The notes under the pieces: model-generated
Told to the model about the DNA's origin: nothing
Seen by the model: the letters and a program-made list of their open reading frames with translations, nothing else
The model's database searches: none
Assembly (NCBI GenBank): GCA_000388065.2
Contig: KB932204.1
Reading direction: 5' to 3' (one strand)
DNA: 64,000 nt
Source of the DNA: Fonticula alba ATCC 38817
Lineage: Eukaryota > Protista > Nucleariida
Part shown: in pieces, positions 59,424-64,000 of the stretch
Layout: every line of letters begins with the position of its first letter
Position numbering within the stretch: the first letter of the stretch is position 1
Position numbers and translations under genes: made by a program

Positions 59424-60769
59424 GGGCAAATGGCGGAACATGTGTCAGTTGTCAGGCAGGCCGGCCGGGTGGAAGGCACGAAGTGAGGAAGGGAGAAGAC
59501 AGGGGAGAAGAAGCAGGAGGAGAAGGAAAGGGACTCCTCGACCTGGTCCTTCACGAGCTCCCGGACTCGAGCATATGCGAGGGGCGAGGGGACAAAAGAA
59601 GGACTCGCATGCTCTCTCTCGCGCGCGCTCTCTCTCTCACACACACACACACACAGACACCCATGTGAGGACACTCTCGCAACTGCTTCGAAGACCGGGA
59701 AAAGGAAGTGACAACCCTCCAGGAAATGACCCGGCCCCGGTGCCCTGGGGGGGGGGGGAAAGACGCAGGCACCAGGGCACCCTCCTACCTCCCCTCCCCC
59801 TCCCCCCCCCCCCCCCCCCCCCCCCCCCCTTCTCCCCTGCCAGTGGCTCTCACACAAACACACACCATCTAGGATTGTGACCACCGAGTCGAAAGTGGGC
59901 TCTTGGCTGGGCTTCAACCCGGCCTCCGAGTCGCCATCGGCCAGGTTGGACATGGGCCATGACTCGCCGGGCGATCCATCACCAGGAGGATGGCCGCCAG
60001 GGGGCCTGGCAGGACCAGCGGCCCCGGCGAATGCGCCGGAAGGGGAGCCCCCATTGAATCGATGGACCCGGCCGGCGTCCGCCATCATGACGCCGGGCCC
60101 GGGACCAGTCACCCCTCCAGACGGGGGTATTGACAAGGCGCCGGGCCGGTAGGGCCGGAGAAGATCAGGTAACATGGTGGGGGCCGGGGCCACCGGACAT
60201 CGGATGACGGGCACCGGCCCGGGGCTCGGCTCCCCGAAACGAACTCTCGGTCTCCCAGACACTAAGGAAGGGCCTGCCGAGGCCTCGCCTGAGGGGGCGG
60301 CCTGACTGCTCGCATGGACACCGACATGGACCATCGGCGAGGGGAGCGTACCGCCCGGGTGGCCGTAATTGCCAGTTCCACTGTGCCCCGATCCACGGAA
60401 GGCATTGGCCCCGTTCGGAGAAGAGGTGGGGCTGCGGACGGGGCCGCCGCTGCCGCCGGGGCCGACCGCGTCGAAGCTGGTCAGCTCCACGGCCGAGCCC
60501 ATGATCTCGGCATTGTAGTTGGTTGACAGCTCGAAGCCGATGTCATCGAAGCCATCGGCATGGTCGAGGTCCACATCGTAGCCGCCCCCGAGGGCGGCAT
60601 TATGGTCCCCGAACTCCAGGTGGTTGGTGGGGTGGCTGTGAAAGGGAGTCTGGTCAAGCTCCTGTCGGGCGGCGGCGGTGGCCGGGTCATACGCGAAGTG
60701 CGCGGCGGAGGAGGCTGGCCGGAGCTGGCCGGTCCCCGAGGCGTCGGGCTCGCCGTCCGCGGGCGGCAT
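54674..60769 (-). CDS. M1 family zinc aminopeptidase (aminopeptidase N/ERAP/IRAP-like), type II membrane protein; 4 exons
   Basis: GAMEN (SAGAMENWGLMTFRE), HEIVH-x18-E ([24 protein letters not shown]), [65 protein letters not shown]. TM anchor FVLRVWHIAAVVGLALFITAMAVA. Exons ~60769-59866, ~59345-58878, ~58651-58519, ~58341-54674. Confidence 0.93.
56894..57038 (-). repeat. Coding 18-bp tandem repeat x8 encoding (ASGSAP)n/(ASDSAP), followed by Ser-rich and acidic tracts down to ~56530
   Basis: gagccagaagccggagcc-type units on the + strand; translation in ORF 54674..58639. Confidence 0.9.
59351..59422. repeat. About 72-nt G homopolymer (poly-C just upstream of the 3' splice site of aminopeptidase intron 1)
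   Basis: Directly visible; followed on the minus strand by ggCAG| and exon 2. Confidence 0.9.
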
Positions 60770-62175
60770 CGTCCGAAACGCGCGAGGCAGCAGGCGGTGT
60801 GTGGTTTGTGTTGTTGGGTGGTGGGTGTGGGGGGTGTGGGTTTTTAGAGGTCGGCGAAAGAGGAGAGGGGTGCGTGCGCACACACACACACACACACACA
60901 CGCAAGGGTGTCAAAAGGGGGGATATGGGAGTGCGAAGAGAAGGGCGGGTCTGTGTAGAATGTGTTTCAGGGCCGCCTGGCATGGGCCGTGTGTGCAGGT
61001 GGCTGAAAAGAAAAGGCGCGGCGATCTTGGGACCGGCGGGCCGGGCAGTGGCTGCGGCCCGCAGTTCCCCCGCAGGGAGACCCGCCGGGGAGAGGTCCCG
61101 GCCCAAAGTGGCAGGGGATCTGCCAGGCCCTGACAGATGTAGACGGCGGCCACCCCCAAGGGAGNNNNNNNNNNNNNNNNNNNNNNNNNNNNNNNNNNNN
61201 NNNNNNNNNNNNNNNNNNNNNNNNNNNNNNNNNNNNNNNNNNNNNNNNNNNNNNCCCCCCCCCCCAGGTCCCAGCCCTGGCCGGCTCCCTGTGGCGGGGA
61301 AAATGCCCATAAAACCAGGGATTCGGGAGAGGACCCGGTTGCCCTGTCCTCGCGGCAGCCGGGGGCGGGCGAGGGGATCGCGGGGAATATTGATCTATCC
61401 ATGTGCGTGCGGCCCGGGTCGGATCAAACACAGACCGGAGGGAGGTATCAGGCCATCCGGCCCCGGGTGTGGGCGCGCGCGCGCGCGGCGCGGCGCGGGC
61501 GTGGGCGCACTCGTTCACGCCGAGTCCGGCGAAAATGCGGGGTAGGGCCGCGTTCGCGTGCCGAACCACCACCCCGGCGGACGCGGGATCCGCGGGAAAT
61601 GGAGCCGGCGCCGGCGCGCCCAGCCAGCAAGCCACAATGCTGGCGCCCTGCCGGTGGCAGCGTGAAAAGGACCGCCGGCTCGCCCGCCGGCTGGCCGGCC
61701 CGCCCTCCACGGGTGCATGCCATTTGCCAGTCCCGCAGGCGCGTGTGCGAGGCTCCAACACGCCGAGCCCGCATGCAGCGCGGCTCCGGGCGGGTCGAGA
61801 GGCCCGCTCGGCAGGCCGCTTGGAAAGCGTCCGCGAACGAGGCCCGACGCCCAGGACAAGCAAGTCACAAACACCTTCCCCGCACCCCCCCCCCCCCCTC
61901 CCCCGCCCCGGCAACCCTCGGACCTCTCGCTCGGGTCGATAACATGCTGACAGCCGCCGGCCCTGGCCAGGGAGAATTAACCATCCTGGCCGGCGGGGAT
62001 GTCCCGGAACGTTGAGATTCGCGGCCACCCCCCGGGCACTCTCCCCGGGGGAGTTCTCACGCGAATGTCCCCCCGCCACGCACCCCTCTTGCCTGAACTT
62101 GGGCCGCCGGCCGGGGCGACGCGCGACCCAGGGCTGCCGGCGCCTTTCTCGGCCTCCACAGGGGTCAAGGACCGT

Positions 62176-62206
<31 letters not shown>

Positions 62207-62688
62207 CCGCCGATGCGCGGGCAGGTCCCGCAAGCCACATCGCCCAGCCATCCCCGGGGAAGGCAGCCCCGCCGGAGGGATGCGAGTTTACCGGTCCAGG
62301 CACTGCCCCCACCGAGATTCCTCGGTCCTCCCCTGGCACGGGAGGCCTGTTAATTCCACCCTACACCCTCTCCCCCGCTGGGCCGGTCCGCTTAGTCCGA
62401 CCGTTGGCGTTCCCCCGCCCCCCGCCCCCGCGGTTCCCGCCGACAGGCCGCGGCGCCACGGCCGGATGCGAACGCGCCCAGCCAGAGGGGAGGCGTTCGC
62501 GCCCCCGGGGCGAGCCCATTTATCCGCCAGGGGGTTGCCCACCAGGGCATTCTGGTTTTGGAGCTCGGGCCCATGCCTCGCGGTCTTCTCTTGCCTGAGG
62601 CGCAGAGTTAATGGAATCCCTCTTTAATATTAACGCCAATATCTCAATATTAACCGACTGAGCTGACCAGGACGCGCGGGCTCTATTT

Positions 62689-64000
62689 TCAAGTGTTCCT
62701 CTGTCTCGGTGAGGGTGTCCGTCTCTCTTTCCGCCGTTTTTTGTGGTGATCCTTCGGCCCCCCCCACCCTGCACCGCCGGCGAGGTCTTGCTGCTGCGCA
62801 TCCGCCCGGGAGACGTGTAGGGCTGCCGGTGTGTCGAAGACCACGCTCAGCCAGCCGCGCTCGGTGACGGGGAAGCCTGGTGTGGCAGGGCAGACACAGG
62901 GAGGGGGGAAGAACACGCGCACGCAAAAAGAGAAGGAGATGTCCCGCTGCCGAAGGTGTCACCCTCTTTTTCACATGTTCCCCGCACAGGGGGTGGCCTT
63001 CTGGTGGCGTTCGAACGGATCCGAGAGAGGCGCACGTGGAGAGGCGGCAAGGGCGGCAAAGGGAGAGGAAGGAGGGCGGGGCACCTGCCTCCAGCCTGCC
63101 CCCGTGCGCCGGGGGGAGCGTGAGGGGGGGAGGGGGGGGGGGTATTCCACAACATCGCACGTTCCTCCCCCCCCCCCCNNNNNNNNNNGGGGGGGGGTAT
63201 TCCACAACATCGCACGTTCCTCCCCCCCCCCCCGCATGCGCCGCCCCCCCAGCCAACGAGTCCTCGCCAGCTGGCCCTCCTCGGGGGCCGGTGTTGCGCG
63301 CGCTCCTGGCGGCTCGCGTGCGCACGCGGGCCGGCGCCCAATGTTTCACGAGTCGCCGAGGTCAAAGATGATGCTCTGGCAGAAGTTGTCGTCGTTGAAG
63401 CGGCGGCGGCGGTCGGGGATCGGGCCCCGGTGGCCATTGCTTCGACGCCCCGCGCCGGCATTCATCGGGCCGGAGGTTTGCTGTTGGAAGCTCGTGGCGG
63501 CGGCCGGCTGCCAGAGGGTCTCCTCGCCGGCCGGGGCGGTGCTGGCCGCCGCGGCCCCGATGCCCGAAAGGCGAGCCGCCTGGTATTGGCGTAAGTCGGC
63601 CTGGGCACGGTCGCGGCGGTCGGCCAGGTCGTGCTCCGGGGCGCCCCCCTGGCCGGGCAGTGGCGGCCGGTTGAAGGTCCCATTGCGGAAGATGCGCCCG
63701 GATGCCGTGCTAAACATCCCCTGATCCCGGGGGGCTGCATGTCCACCGGCGTCGAGAGGGCCCCCGAGAGCCAGGCGCTCGGTGGGGCCGGTGCTCGGGC
63801 CTTCGGCAAGCGATGCCACCCCCTGGGAGCCGCCGGGAGCCATGCCCCCCACCGAGGGGCGCATCATTAGGTCGGGGGCCAGGGGAGGTTCCGGTCGCGA
63901 CAGAGCTCCGGCCGGTCGCAGTGCCCCGGCACCCGGATCGAGCGGGCGCCCAAGCGGGTCGATGGGAAGGTGGCTGTTGAGCATTCGCCGCCAGGCCCCA
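62689..64000 (-). CDS. Hypothetical protein, 3' part (5' end outside the window), with a basic NLS-like C-terminus
   Basis: Frame open from 64000 to ~63350 (ADRRDRAQADLRQYQAARL; RRRRFNDDNFCQSIIFDLGDS). Two further phase-compatible exons (RPPPVRGTCEKE; GFPVTERGWLSVVFD...HHKKRRKERRTPSPRQRNT) end at TGA 62689-62691, followed by an AT-rich AATATT-containing tract. Confidence 0.55.

Overview
This is eukaryotic, very GC-rich, intron-containing draft-assembly DNA with about 13 N-gaps. There are no operons, CRISPR arrays, rRNA or tRNA genes, or transposases that I can support. The GT(G/A)CGT-type donors, poly-C/(CA)n/(CT)n introns and Ala/Gly/Ser/Pro-inflated proteins resemble the amoeboid holomycotan Fonticula alba; that assignment is inference from pattern, not a database result. 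About 11 spliced genes, in order: RGS-domain protein (+, 5' partial); a very large orphan coiled-coil/disordered protein (-); NUP155 (+); an RNI-like LRR protein (-); a ZCCHC10-like zinc-knuckle/RS protein (-); ZNF598/Hel2 (+); CTF18 (+); a PREPL/oligopeptidase-B-like S9A peptidase (-); VPS34 (-); a type II membrane M1 aminopeptidase (-); and a 5'-partial hypothetical gene (-). Most of the supplied ORFs are shadow frames of GC-rich exons. Best leads: (1) a single in-frame TGA-C joining the giant gene to a further 577-codon open frame (readthrough, cryptic splicing or base error); (2) an NDUFA12-like segment nested antisense in an intron; (3) a (YDS)13 array kept by synonymous-only variation; (4) 140-300 aa disordered inserts inside the RGS, Vps34 kinase and M1 catalytic domains; (5) five LRR introns at the same codon position; (6) an Illumina adapter assembled into CTF18, creating a false duplication and frameshift. 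Exon boundaries were read by eye and are provisional.
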